Source: Eledone cirrhosa (Eukaryota). Taken from it: a DNA stretch of 64,000 nt. Shown in pieces: positions 36,951-51,374 of the stretch. The notes under the pieces were generated by a model, which made no database searches, was not told the DNA's origin, and saw nothing but the letters and a program-made list of their open reading frames with translations. The translations under genes were made by a program, and so were the position numbers. How positions within the stretch are numbered: position 1 is the stretch's first letter; each line of letters opens with the position of its first letter. The stretch lies in NCBI GenBank assembly GCA_964016885.1, contig OZ024742.1, positions 130,324,001-130,388,000 of the forward strand, in the 5' to 3' direction.

Positions 36951-39790
36951 GGCCTCAGAGACTGGTGTGAGGGAGGCATCTTCATATCAGATACCTGGCT
37001 CAAATGCATGTAACAGTATGGGCTCTGCTAAAGGGCCCTAAGAATCATGTGGTGGTGTTAACCTGATGTACAGATTAAGTCGACCACTCAATTATGCCAG
37101 GGTGAGATTTGAATAAGAAAACAGAGCTGGAGCAATAGCTGCATGTAATCTCCGACAGGTCTCTAACAGTTCTGACAATGTCCCACTCTAGACCCTCTGC
37201 TTTATTTGACCCTGAAAGGATGAAATGCAAAGTTAACCTCAGTGGGATTTGAACTCATCACAGGAATTTTGTCCTTTGTTCTAATGATCCTGCTAATTAA
37301 TCACCTATATATGTATGTGTGTATGTAATGTAGATTGTCTTTTTGTTATACATAAAAAAAGGAAAAGTAGCTGATTGTCAGATCAGACCAAAGAAACAAT
37401 GTTTTCTTTGGTCTTTCCGTTGCTGATACTGAATGGAGCCAATCATCAGATAAAGTAATACTTGTTTTGATTGGTCTTTCAGTTGCTGGTACCGCTGGTT
37501 GTAACTCCTGGCAGAAAACATATACATACTTATATCATATACTTATATTGTATACATAAAATTACAGCTGCCTTTCACAATTATGACTTGGTTGTATGTA
37601 CCATACTTTGGCTTCTTGCGTATGAGTTGGTCTCTGGTTGTTGTTGTTCACCTGATCAAGTTCAGGAATCAGTGATCAGATTCCAGGACCCACCACGAGG
37701 AGAGGTCAACAAACTTGGGCCCCATGCTTTGGCTAATGATATTTATATGATAGCTGGAATGAGCGAGGACAACACCAGTACTAGGCTGATACTTTCCTTA
37801 TTGATCCTTGAAAAGATGAAAGGCAAAGTGGACCATGGTAGGATTTAAAATCAGAGTGCCAAGAACTTGAACAAATAACCAACATTTTACTGACTAAAAT
37901 AAAGTACCAGTAACACACCGGGGTCAATTTAATCTACTTTCACTGCCTTCAAAATCAGAAACCATTATTATTATCACTTATGCTGTGTAGATGATTACTA
38001 CACTAGAGTATTTAGTCATCAGTCAAGTCACAAGGACCTAAGATAGGTAATACTTTCCTTGCTGATTTTTGTATGTCATCAATTTCAAGAAGTCTTGAAG
38101 GATCAGTGGAATTGACCCTAATCCCTCAATCACAACTGGTATTACTTTCACATTACCCTCTTGCATTCCAAATAATCTTCACATTTCCATTTTCAATTCG
38201 GAGTACTTGGGGATTTTTTTTTTTTTTTTTTTTTTCAACCTCTTTTCTTGCAACATCCATGACACTTGTTATGACTAAGTTCAGGATCTGACATTATTTC
38301 TCTTTCTTGTTCCTTAGGGAGCTGGTTAGTTTTTTCCCATCTGTAAAACTTAGAGGTTAAACCAGGGTTTGTATTGCAAACGCCCCCCCCCCCCCCCCCC
38401 CTCAATTTTGTTAAAGAAAAAGATGGGGAACAAAGAATGTTCATCTGCTGAAAATAAGAGCTGGACATCTGCAGAACGGAACATCAAAATTGCAAAAATT
38501 GGGGACAGCAACATCATTAACAGCAATATGTGTCTACCTTTACCTATGGTCACGAATCTAGGGTAATGACTGAAAGAATATGATCGCGAAGACAAGCAGT
38601 CAAAATGGAGTTCCTCCGAAGGGTTTTTGGAGTAACATTACTTGATAGTGTGGGGCACGGAGATAAGAGAGTCACTCCAGGCAGTCTCTTCTTCTTCAAA
38701 TTGAAAGATCAAAACTCCGGCATGTGGTTAGAATGTCTCGAGGGAAAGAATCATTGGACAGATTTTATGGGTAAAACCAACTGGCAGGAGACCCAGGTGG
38801 TGGTGGTGGTGGTAGTGTTCTTGCTAGTATTGTTGTTGCTTTTTGCTATCATTTTCGTTTGTTGTTCCTGTGATGGTGCTGGCAGTATTGAAATTTGCAG
38901 CAGTGAGAAATTTGTTTCATACTTATCCCATGTTTTTCTTCCCCCACTTATTCCTGAGAGGGCTGTGGGGGCAGAGTCCTCAAACACTCCTTCCTCAGGT
39001 TATATCAGAAGCAAACATCTGAGCAAGATGGTTGGATAACATCCAAGAACTTGGCTGGTCTTGCTTGGGAATCCAGCTTGATATCTCTCGCACACCGAAC
39101 CCCACACACAACTGGGGAGGCAGTCCATCTGCTGTCAGGTAGTTTTCTTTTGTTTGGTGGCTGTTGTGAAATATGTCTGGTGGACAAGATTGAAAAGATT
39201 TAGAACAGATTCTTCTTCTTCATCTAAGTCCTCATCAGCTTCTGCAAGAGTGTTGATGCCCTTCGATAAATTTGCTAAATAGTGGGTGAGACTGGTAACT
39301 ATGGCCCAAGTGAATTGGTTTACTCTCAAATATACAGTTGGGGTGGGTTGGGAAAGGACATTTGTCTTTGCTAGTAAGTGTAATCCAGGATGAATGATGT
39401 TCCCTGTTTGATTCTCAGATGATTCTCTTTATCTCTTTTCTTATATATATTTTTTTTCCTGTCTGTATTCTCAACCTTAAAAGCACGCAGTCCACATTGT
39501 AACGTGGTTGGTGTTAGGAAGGGCATCCAGCTATAGAAAGTAAGCCAAAATACAGATCTGTATGTGCAAGACAGTCACCTGACCTGACATGTATTGTGTG
39601 ACAACCTGTCTAACCCATGCAAATGTGGAAAAATAGATGTTAAATGTGATGTGATGTGATGTGTGATGTGATGCAATGTGATAAATGATTCAGTTTTTGT
39701 AATTTGTTCTCATAAGGTGGCAAATCGGCAGTTATTAGTGTTTTAGATTAAAAAATGGCTTGGTATGTGTTGCAGCTCATTACACCGAGT

Positions 39791-41672
39791 TTAACCCTTT
39801 AGCATTCACATTACTCTATATATACTATTGTATTTTCGCAGTAAAGGCTTTATCTCACATAATTATTCACATCGAATCTATGAGATTTTGATGATATTAT
39901 TTACTTTGAAAACAAGACCTTAACATCAATATGAGTGGCTGGTTTGAACAGAAAGAGGTGAGAGAATTCTGGCCGGATACCATCATCATCACCGTTTTAC
40001 GTCCGTTCTTCCACGCTAGCATGGGTTAGACGGGTTGTCCTGTTGTGGGCAGTGTCTGATCGGCTAACCATGCCTTGCTCATACAGGAACTGATTTGGCT
40101 TGATTTCTACAGCTGGATGCCCTTCCTAACACCAACCTCATTTACAGTGAGTGCTGGGTGCTTTTTCGTGGTGCCTACACGTCCACCTTGCGGTGTGGGG
40201 GGCATATTGTCTATATGCTTCAGCTTGTACCCATGGGAGGTCGGGTACTCTGTATTACTGCGTGACGCCAGAAGTCACGGTCGTGTGTCATTGCCTTTGA
40301 GAGGTGTAATTGGGTAAGGTCGGCTTTTATCACCTCATCCCAGGTCATCTTTGGTCTCCCCACTCTGCGGTTTCCATCGACTTCTAGTGCTCTGCACCTT
40401 TTTATGCAGCTGTCATCCTTCATACGCATCACATGTCCATACCAGCGCAACTGCCTCTCCTGCACACAGCATTTGATTCCTCTTATGCTCAGTCTCTCTC
40501 TCAATTCATTTATGCTTTGTCGTTCACGTATATTACTGTTACACATCCATTGGAGCATGCAGGCTTCGTTTCTCTCTAATCTTACTAAGTCTTCCACCTT
40601 CAGCGCCCAGGTCTCACTACCATGCAACATTGCTGTTCGGATACGCGCATCATACAGTCTTCCTTTCATTCTGAGGGAGAAGCCTTTTGCAGCTAGCAGT
40701 GGTAGTAGTTCCCTAAACTTCTTCCATCCCGTTCTTTCCCTAGTTATTGTACTTTCTGAACACCCACCTCCACTGCTAATTCGGTCACCTAGGTAGCAGA
40801 AGCTGTCTATTGTTTCTACAGAGCCCTCCCAGAGATTGGTGGTACTTGTTTCCTGTGGCTGTTTGCTGCTTGCTGTCCCAGCACAGCTGCTGCATGTGAA
40901 GCCTACATTCTTAATTAAGCTTCCTGAGATCCTGCTACATCTCTTGTGTACCCATTGTTTGCATTTGGGGCAGAGAATGGAGTTCCTACCTACACCTTTC
41001 CTACATACTGAGCAAGGCCATTTCCCTGAGGGGATCTGGGTTCTGTTTTCTCGTCTACTTACTAGGACCTTAGTCTTTGTCATGTTGACTTTCAGACCCT
41101 TTCTTTCTAGTCCCTGCTTCCAAGTTTGGAATTTATTCTCTAGTTCTACCATAGATTCAGCTATGAGTGCGAGGTCATCAGCATACAGGAGTTCCCATGG
41201 GCATCCGGTCTTAAACTCCTCCGTTATTGCCTGCAGGACTATGATGAACAGGAGGGGGCTAAGAACAGAGCCCTGGTGGACCCCAACCTGTACGCTAAAT
41301 TCCTTTCTATACTCATTGCTAATCCTAACTTTGCTGACTGCTCCCCTATACATGGCTTGTACCGCTTTCACAAGCCATTCATCTACTCCTAGTTTTCTAA
41401 GAGCCTACCAGATTACAGCGCGTGGAACTCTGTCAAAGGCTTTCTCAAGGTCGACAAATGCCAAGTAGAGTGGCTTACTTTTAGCTAGGTACTTTTCCTG
41501 TAACTGCCTCACAAGGAAGAGGGCATCAGTGGTGCCTCTTCCTGGTACAAACCCAAATTGCATCTCGTCTATTTTCACCCGGTCCCTAATCAACTGTGCT
41601 ATAACTCTTTCTGTTACTTTCATGACCTGGTCCATCAACTTTATACGGCCGGTGTAAATGCTAAAGGGTTAA
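39791..41672. mobile_element. piggyBac-like TTAA MITE interrupted by an RTE
   Basis: TTAA-CCCTTTAGCATT ... AATGCTAAAGGG-TTAA; related copy at ~46211-46440. Confidence 0.65.
39980..41645 (-). mobile_element. RTE LINE 3' part (RT with internal PHD-like Cys cluster)
   Basis: QFGFVPGRGTTDA, DLEKAFDRV, QGSVLSP, YADD, CSVC..CPKC..HKRC..CSSC, CYLGD. Confidence 0.92.
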
Positions 41673-42050
41673 CCCTTTAGCATTTACATTACTCTCTCTA
41701 TATATATACTATTGGGAATTGATTTTGATTGAATTTTACGTTTTCATTGTTTCCAGTGGAAATGTTTTTAGACAAAAATCCATGCTGTATCCTCCTGTGT
41801 TGTGCATGATGTTTTTTTTATGTGAGCCCTGTCTTTCTAATACGCAGTATCGGTAAGGCGTTGGACAATATGCTTTACGGCATGGAGTTACGACCCTTTA
41901 CGTTCTGAGTTCAAATCCCAACGTGGTTGGCTTTGTCTTCCATCTTTATGGGGTTGGCAAAATAAAACACCAGTAATTCTCTCCACAAATTGTTTGCCTT
42001 GTGTCTAAATCAGAAACCATTATTAATATGATTATCAATTCTCTTTTCAG

Positions 42051-42287
42051 GGTGGCACATTCTACTTCTTTGAACATACCAAATCAAAACTGCGATCCTT
42101 TCTCCAACTACGTCAGTATCTCTGCTGCATTATCTGGTATCTTCTCTTTGGCAGATGTTGGCTTCTCTCTGATACTTCCCGACACATAGAACAGGCTGGC
42201 TTTTCTAGCTATTCATACGAGAAGCGAAAATATCCAAGTATTTTCAATCTTCAGTCTCCAATCATATCCGGTGTTGCCATGAAATAA
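42051..42287 (+). CDS. METTL7A: METTL7/TMT1-like methyltransferase, exon 2 (terminal)
   Basis: CTCTTTTCAG acceptor, then GGTFYFFEHT..WYLLFGRC..IEQAGFS..SPIISGVAMK*, matching the METTL7A C-terminus (GGAFYFMEH..PHIYGYAVK); not in the ORF track. Confidence 0.9.
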   Translation, partial: GGTFYFFEHTKSKLRSFLQLRQYLCCIIWYLLFGRCWLLSDTSRHIEQAGFSSYSYEKRKYPSIFNLQSPIISGVAMK

Positions 42288-42598
42288 CTCGACCAAATCG
42301 CGATTCTTTTTTTAAATTCTTTTTATGTGTGATCCATGTCCGTCCCAATTTCTATGTTGTATTTTAAAAAGGAATGTCACACAATCCCCATTTCCTTCAT
42401 TTTCATAAATGTTAACCTGTCTGTGTTTACATTAAATTTTATTGCGCACACACACACACACACATATATACACATATATACATGCATACATACATACATA
42501 GACACTCATACACTCAAGCATACATACAGATATGCTCATACACACATGTAGACACACATATATACACACACGTGTGTGTGTATGTGTGTGTGTGTGTT

Positions 42599-42643
<45 letters not shown>

Positions 42644-43134
42644 GCACACACGCACATATATACAGGCACACACGCACATATATACAGGCACACACGCACA
42701 TATATACACATATATACACACACACTCACACATATATACATATATATATACACATGTATTTTTTATCATAACCCCAGGTTGTGAGTTTGAATTTGATTTC
42801 TTGAAGCGTGTTGTGTCCTTGAGCAAGACACTTTATTTCACATTGCTCTAGTCCACTCAACTTAAAAAAAAAAATAAAAAAAATTTGTATCTTTAATTCA
42901 AAGAGACAACCTTATCACACACTGTCACGATGAATTTCCCTGAGGACTACATTAAGGGCACATGTGTTTGTGGAATGCTCAGCCACTTGCATATCGATTT
43001 CATGAGCAGCCATTTCTTATGTTTGAACTGGAACAGTTGTTAAAACTGATGACAGTTCAACACAAACCATTTTCTGTAGCGCACTGATATTCTCAAGACT
43101 CGGTATGGCTATTAGTCCACATTATTTTGTGGAC

Positions 43135-43315
43135 AGTGGATTGGCAGTATCGGTAGAGTGCCAGACGCCATGTTTTGCAGCATAGAGTTATGGCCCTTGA
43201 CGTTCTGAGTTCAAATCCCACCGAGGTTAACTTTGCCTTTCATCCTTACGGGGTCGATAAAATAAAGTACCAGTAATGCACTGGAGTAATTGCTGTGCCA
43301 AAAGTAGAAACAATT
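43135..43315 (+). mobile_element. Major tRNA-SINE copy
   Basis: Full consensus. Confidence 0.85.
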
Positions 43316-43459
43316 ATTTTGTGTGTGTATGAGAGGGCGAGAGGGGGGTTGTGTGTGTGTTTTAATTTTTTTATAATAGAAGTAATAATTTAAAAAAATA
43401 AATTCATCGGTTCTAATTTGTAAATATGTTGTGTTCATTCTCTACTACTATATAAAAAT

Positions 43460-43990
43460 CACATTCTCACACACATGCTCTCATACATATTCTCTTACGC
43501 ATGCACGCTCGCGCGTTCTCATACATATGCTCACACATACACACATGCTCTCTCTCTCACACACACACGCATGCTCTCACACACACATGCTCTCACACAC
43601 ATGCTCTCACACACACACTTTCTCTCTCACACATGCATGTTCTCACCACACTCGTGCATGCTCTCACGCATGCTCACACACAAATGCTCTCTCACACACA
43701 AATGCTCTCTCACACACACATGCTCTCTCACACACACATGCTCTCACACACACATGCTCTCACACACACATGCTCTCTCACACACACATGCTCTCTCACA
43801 CACACATGCTCTCTCACACACACATGCTCTCTCACACACACATGCTCTCTCACACACACATGCTCTCTCACACACACATGCTCTCTCACACACACATGCT
43901 CTCTCACACACACATGCTCTCACACGCAACACACATGCTCTCTCACATACCTTTTCACATTCTCGTTCTCACACACGCTCTCATATTCTC
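43460..43990. repeat. 18-bp minisatellite (CACACACATGCTCTCTCA)n derived from CA/CT repeats
   Basis: Direct inspection. Confidence 0.9.
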
Positions 43991-44134
43991 GGCAGCAAAG
44001 CCTAAAACAGAACAAAATCAAACTATTGTATGAAATGAAATCGACTAACACACATGATAAACATGATATACTAATGTGTCTTCTATGCTAAACTGAAGTT
44101 TGAAATATAAGGGCAGACACCAATATATATGTAT

Positions 44135-44650
44135 CATCATCATCATCATCATTTATCGTCTATCTTCCACGCTAGCATGGGTTAGATGGGAATTATCCCA
44201 CTTGAGGCAAGATTTGTCGGGTGACCGTGTCTCGCTCGTATAGGACTATCTGGCAGGTTTTCTACAGCTGGATGCCCTTCCTAACACCAACCCTGTTTAC
44301 AGTGTGGACTGGGAACTTTTTACCGCATTACCTACACGGCCACATTACAGCGTGGACTGTGTTTTTTTTTGTCGTGACACCTACACGACCTCATTAGTTT
44401 GGACTGGATGTTGTGGTACCAACTTTACAGAGAAATGGTAGTGTTGGTAGGAGTGGGAGGATGGAGTAGGGGTAGTGGGTTGGGGTGTATATTTGGTTAA
44501 GAGGTGCCTACTGACTAGGTTTCGCTTTGTACATAGGCAAGGCGGGTCTTCTGTATTACTGCGTGGCACCAAAGATCTCGGTCCACTGACATTGTCTTAG
44601 AGAGGTGCAAGTGTGTAAGGTAGGAATTTATCAAATCGTCCCAGGTTTTA
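44135..44650 (-). mobile_element. RTE 3' end
   Basis: Reverse complement of ~36070-36580. Confidence 0.85.
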
Positions 44651-45197
44651 TATAAACTAATGGTGTCTTTGGGCAATACAATTTGTGACAGTGTCACACC
44701 AGATTGAAATACCTGACTGGAACTAACTTTGATATACCACTTTTTTTCGTTCAAATTTCTAGTTTCAAAGTTGTTAAAAACTCACCAGTATTATGTTGGA
44801 GATGATTTAGTTAACTGTATCTCACAATTGAAAGAAGTTAATACTTATAATACACTAGCAGAAAAACCACCCTTCGTGTAGTGTGTATATTGATATTATA
44901 TGCAAGTACATATACATGTAGATATGATACATCAAATAAAATCGTAACTGTATTATGTAATCAGTAACGTAACCCATGATACATTAAAAAAAGACGATAT
45001 TATATATAAACTGCATTAGGAGAAAATTAGTGACGGAAATATATGAATGTTTATTTAAGCGATCGCTAACCGGAAGTGTTATCATTTGAAAATTTTAAAG
45101 AAGTGAATCTTTAAATAAGCAATAAAATATATTTAATCAACAGGTACGAAATTTAGTAAATAAATTATGTAATATTCATTCATTATTTATTCAAAAT

Positions 45198-45735
45198 GGT
45201 GGTGGATTGGCAGTATTGGTAGAGGGTCGGACGCCATGCTTTCCAGCATAGTTACGTCCCTTTACGATCTGAGTTCAAATCCCGCCGAGGTTGACTTTGC
45301 CTTTCATCCGTACGGGGTCGATAAAATAAAGTACCAGTAATGCACTAGGTAATTGCTGGCCTTGTGCCTAAAGTAGAAACAATTATTTATTCAAAGTAAT
45401 CCATCTTATTTTACAAACGGGATAAAAAAGTATATTCTGGATGCAGTCCCGCACTCCTTTCTTTATTATAGTTAAGATTCTAGGTGGTAGTTAGAGAAAA
45501 TACAGAACCAAATGTTTTGCAGTGTATTGGCAGAATCGGTAGAGCTTTGGACAACATGCTTAGTGGCATAGTTATGACCATTTATGTTCTGAGTTCAAAT
45601 CCTGCTGAGGTTAGCTTTGCCTTTCATCCTTACGGGGTCGATAAAATAAAGTACCAGTAATGCACTGGGGTCGAGTTAATCGACTTTCCCCTCCTCCAAA
45701 ATTGTTGGCCTTGTGCCTAAATCAGAAACCATTAC
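45198..45735 (+). mobile_element. Two major tRNA-SINE copies
   Basis: Consensus at 45198-45385 and ~45525-45735. Confidence 0.85.
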
Positions 45736-47716
45736 TTAGATTCTTCCCACTGTGTTCTGAGTTCAAAATCTATTGAGACATTAACATTTGATTCCTTTCC
45801 CAACATTTTTAGTATCGATACTGAGAAAAATAATCAATCTTTAATTTTTCAAATTCATTATTTTTCTCAGTGTAGGATTTTCTGCATTTGCAATTTACAT
45901 CCCATATTAAAAAAGAACTCCACCCCTTTTGTCTCATATTTCTCATATTGGTACAATTGCACAAATTTGTAAGAGTGGGAGTATATACCCCACCCCCATT
46001 TTATACCTACAAAACAAAAATATTTTAACACCTCATTTATGTAGAATTGTAAAGTTTGTGAAAATATGCAAAATACTGACCTCGAATATAAGCCCTTTTT
46101 AATTAAAAATTTTTTTTGCCACATATGCAAGTTTATATTTAAAAAAATTATATATTTTTCTCTTTCTCTTTTAAAATATGGATCATTGTTAGGGATGAAA
46201 ATGGGGTTGGTTAACCTTTTAGCATTTAAACTGGCTATATCTGGCCTGAATTCTCTCACCATTTTCTGTTCAAACCAGCCATAACTGGCCCCTCATACCT
46301 TTAAGGTAAATACTATCAAAACTCATTGACTCGATATTATGCGAGATATTTATGTGAAGTAAAGCCTTTTCTCTGAAAATACAATAGTAAAATATAGAGA
46401 AAATACAATAGTAAATATAGAAAAAATATAGAGTAATGAAATTATTTAGGGATGAAAATGGGGTTGGTTAAACATATGTCAATTTGTATCCTTGTAATTA
46501 GGAAATCGTTTATAGGACTGTTTTCAATATGTGAAATTTAAAAAGCAAGTTCAGGTTCAACCAACGTTAGTAGGTTTATTTATATTTGTTTTTTTCGAGT
46601 TTTTTTACCCATCCACTATCAAATTTATTAACTGTCATTTATTATTTGTTTGTATTAACGTTTTAAAATGTATTGTTTCTTTGGGTTTTTTAAATTTTTT
46701 TAATGAACTTTTTATCTACATTTTCAATTTGTTCCATATATTCTTTTGATCTGCTTCAGCTGTCATAATTAATTATATATATATATATATGCACATGCAC
46801 ACGTGCGCACGCGTGTAAATGAAACTTTATTTTTTTTTCCTTTATATATATATAGAAAAAAAATGAAGTTTTGTTTACATGTATTTATCTTTGTGTATCA
46901 ATCTGCTATGCGCGTTTCACTGATGATCTGCTCAAGGTAATCTATTGAAGTTATGCACCTGATTCCAGCACCGATCTGCTCATCAGATTGGTGATTCAAT
47001 AAAAAAAGTAGAGTAGCTTTTTTTCTTTTTTTTTTTTTTTTTTTTTTGTTTGTTGAATCACCAGTTGGATGAACAGATCCATAACTTCCATAGGTGACTT
47101 TGAGCAAATCATCTGCAAAACGTTTTTTTTTTTTTTCCTTATTTATACACTCTGCCTGTGCATCGAGTGCTCATATTGGTACCACCACCAGTAATTCCCT
47201 GAACCACTTATATATATATATATCCTTCATCACCCTTGCTATTGGGGAAATTTTGAGTGGCAATGAAGTAAATCATCAACTGTCTTCTAGTAAATGCAAA
47301 TTCTACATATATTGAGTATTTGTTCATTCGGTTGTAACTAAAAATGTTCTGTGTGTGTGGTTCAGAATTGTACTTGTCTAGCAAGAGACTTCATCTGAGA
47401 TTGTACTGAAACTAATGCAATTATCATGTGGAACAGACATTTTAGCTATTTAAAACACACAAACTGTAAACTTTACCCTATATTCATAATATATTTCTTG
47501 GTGCCAAAGCAGAAGTGACAGTAAGCAGGTTTGCAGATAGTGCAATGAAAACTTTTTTTAATATTTAATTTAAATGGCTAAAATGACCCTAAATGGTGTG
47601 TGTTTATTGTAAGCTGCCGACTTACTCTGTTGCTACTCAATTCCTTGTATGATTCATTTGGTGCTGAAAAAGATGAATCCAAATGTTTTTCTTCTTTTAT
47701 GTAATGTCTCTGGTAG

Positions 47717-47750
<34 letters not shown>

Positions 47751-50700
47751 CACACACAGATATGTACATATTCTACACATGCATTTTCTTTGAGTGGGGA
47801 TTGAATTTACAATCATTTCTTTTAACCTTTTCATTACCATGTTTACAATGAAAGTCACTGCCAATAATTTTCAAATAACCCAGATTAACTTTATCATTTT
47901 TAAGTTGGTGTTGGGAATATAACTTAACAAAGGTTCATATATAGAATTATGATGATGATGAAACAGTTTTATACTGTAGAAATGGGATTGGTTTGGTATT
48001 AGAGTCAGCATCCCATTTTTTCCTCCTATGCTAGCATGATTAGGATACACTGTGGCTGAGGTTATAACATCTTAGTGTTCTGTCTTCTAAATACAAATAT
48101 GGTAGGACCATATGATATGGTAAGTTGAAAAGTAGACAGAACCTCCCTTTAGGATGTATTTGAAATCATTAAGCAACAGGTAATTAATACTACAGTCGAG
48201 TCCGCTTAAGAGTATACCCTCGGGAATGGAAAAAAGTATACTCTTAACCGGATTATACTCTTATCCGGACTAAGTAAAAATATTCCATAGTATTATTATT
48301 TTGAGTCTTTCAATGATTAAAAATCGCTTTATTATTGTTTAAAATGCATTTATAAGTAAAAAAAAAAATGAAAGTTACACCAAAAAATTCAACAAGAATT
48401 ATTGCAAATTATAGATAAATTAAGCAAGTGACCGCAAGTCATAAAAATGTCTTCGAAACGCTCTGCTTTATCCATTACTCAAAAAAAGTGACTTTCTTAG
48501 TCTTATGAAACTCATTGTCGACCACAATCTTAGGTATGAATCACTAGTAGTCCATGTTGTGCATCCCTGATGAAAATCCCGGATCACCTAACATAAATAG
48601 CATGTTTGGAGGCTGTGCTACAGCAGAATCTTAATCATAATGGCCAAAATGAACTAAAGAACCTTTCTTTCCTTTCCATCACTAACTTGGTTGTGTATTC
48701 ACTTCAATTTGTGTGAATGTAAAAGTATGTAGTTGTGAGTGACACTTTTTGTTTTTTATTTAATGCACCATTTAGATATAGTAATTACATTGAAGGAAAA
48801 AAAAAATTATGAACATTTTTATATTTTGTTATATCATCTGAAATAAATTACTGTTTTGATGTGGTGGATATATTAATTAAATGAAAAAATAACAAGACAA
48901 AAAAAATCATTTGTTTGTTTCAAAATTTATTACAATTAAAACATGTTAATTCGTATAGAGACATCGGGGCAGCAAGAAGCTGACCATCTATCCCATACTC
49001 TGTGGAACTTTCCACAACAGGTCTTGTGGAATGCAGTCATATGCATTTTTGAGGTCTATGAGACATGTATACACCTTGGCAAAATATTTTTCGAAATTCT
49101 GCTGCAGTGTGAATATTAGGTTGGCTGTGCTGCATATACCACACTATCAGCTCGATTGGAGACTGCAATAGCCCTACATCTCTTTGCTGTACGCCTAGTA
49201 CAGACTTTATCGGGGAGACTTAACCAGGAGATCCCGCTATAATTGGAGCAATCATTGTCTCCCTTTTTGAAAACTGGGATCATCACTCCTGATTGTCATT
49301 GCTTAGGTGACTTTCCAGGGATACAGGCCACTTGGCACACACATTAGCCAGAGAGTACATTCTCTATTTAAGGCTTTTAATATCTTGGGCTGAATTTCAT
49401 CCTCTCCAGCCTCTGACAGGTTAATCACTCTCAGATACACCTCAAGTACATCAGAAGATGCTATTGTGACCTAATATTATGCTGGACAGACTTTATGGAC
49501 TAAATAACCAGCAGGAGACCCAAGGCTAGACCCAGAGCGAGATGGTTGGATAACATCCATGAACTCAGCTGGTCTTGTTAGGGGATCCAGTTGGATCAAT
49601 TGGAGACACTTGCTTCTGATAGGATCCACTGGAAATCTGCTTGAGGACTCAGTCCTCATGATCCTCCTAGGAATAAGTGGGCAAAGAAGAAAATGTTAAT
49701 ATTTTGCTGGACTCTAGCTATATAGATATAAAGTTTTATGATTTATCGAGGCATTTGATTTGAAATCCAAGCACAGATTTGCTATAATGATCATGGCATT
49801 AGCAAATCTGGTATAATACCCTTAGGGACAAAAAATAAGTTGTCAGCAGCCACTACAGAGAATCAGCTGCCATTTGGTGTAAAGATAATGGCCAAAATTC
49901 AAGATATACAGAGTTCAATTTTCTAACACTATAATTATTGTACTTTCTCTCTTGTCATTTGATTTCTTCCTTTTCTGTTCTGATGGCTTCAAAGTTTTTG
50001 GTTCCAATGGTAATGGAACACTGCCAGTTTGTACAGTCTTGGGCTTGTGTTTCAAACAATTTAAGCTAAAGTTCAGTGTTGTTTTGAGCTGGTCCTTAAA
50101 TCTTTGAAGAGAGCAACTCCATGGTATTTTCCCTGAAGCGAGATTGCTAAATAAGGCTTGATGTGGAAACCTTGACTTTTCCATTCTCTTCCATCAACTC
50201 TTCCATGCAAGAATTGGTCTACTTAGTCATTATTGTCATTGCTGTGAAGAAGAAATTAAATTCTTGGATATGAGATAAAGCCACCATCAACGGTTATTGT
50301 AGCAAATCTGTTTAGATTTCAATATTTCTAATAAATAAAATTATTTTAAAGCTTGTCAGTAAAAAAAACTATATATATATATATTAAGTTTGACATCTTG
50401 GGAACTTTTATCAACAAGGTACCCCAAAAAAGTCTTTGTCTTCATGTTATCATTACAGAGTAAAGGGGAAGGGCTGTGTCTCCTCTCAATACCTCTAACA
50501 GAGACAAATGGAAAGTATCCTCAGATTGGAGATATGGCCTGAAAGCTTACAACAGATTGCAGGATTTGAAATCAGAATGCGAAGAGCTGGAATAAATACT
50601 ACACAACCTCGCATTTGATGCAGGTGTTATGACACTTGATATTTTCTGAGACTGCAAAGTATTTGTAATGGTTATTTGAAATATTTTATGAGTATTTTAA

Positions 50701-51374
50701 TCTTTTAACTATCATTTACCATATAAGCATATGTAGTATTTGATGCAAATTGGAAATTTACTGTGCAAGATTAGACTTAAAACTACACAAACGGGGAGCA
50801 ACTACACATTAAAATAATCACTGCAGTAACTGAATTCATTAACTGCATAGGAATAGTACTATATTCTGCTTACAGCATTGGTTTCTTTCTATCCTGCAAT
50901 GAAGTCATCTCTGCTTGGAGCTAGGATGTTTTTGTTTATGGATTATTCTAGGAAACAATTTAATAGAAACAAATTTAGATTGAGAAGAATGGAATGTAAA
51001 ATAAGAAAATATAAAAAAAAAGGAAAAGACAAGGGCTCTAGTGTCGGTGAAGAATGGGGACAATGGCTAGCGACACCCACTACAACAGCTACCCCCACCG
51101 CGTAGGGCTCCTTCCTCAGATGGGCTGCCTACGTTTCGATCTTGCAGAGGAGCTCGGCAATATGGGGTCCAAGTACACCTCGGGTCTCAACAGCGGCCAG
51201 TGCGAAGAGGAAGCAGCTGGACAATCATCTAGAACTAGGTGAACATACCCACTGAGTTATAAGGGGGTCATGGACATAAGTTGACATTAGTAAATGTCAA
51301 CTCCTGGGCAGGGTGTCTAATATTTGTATATATGTATTTATATATATGTATGTGTGTGTATGTATGTATATATA

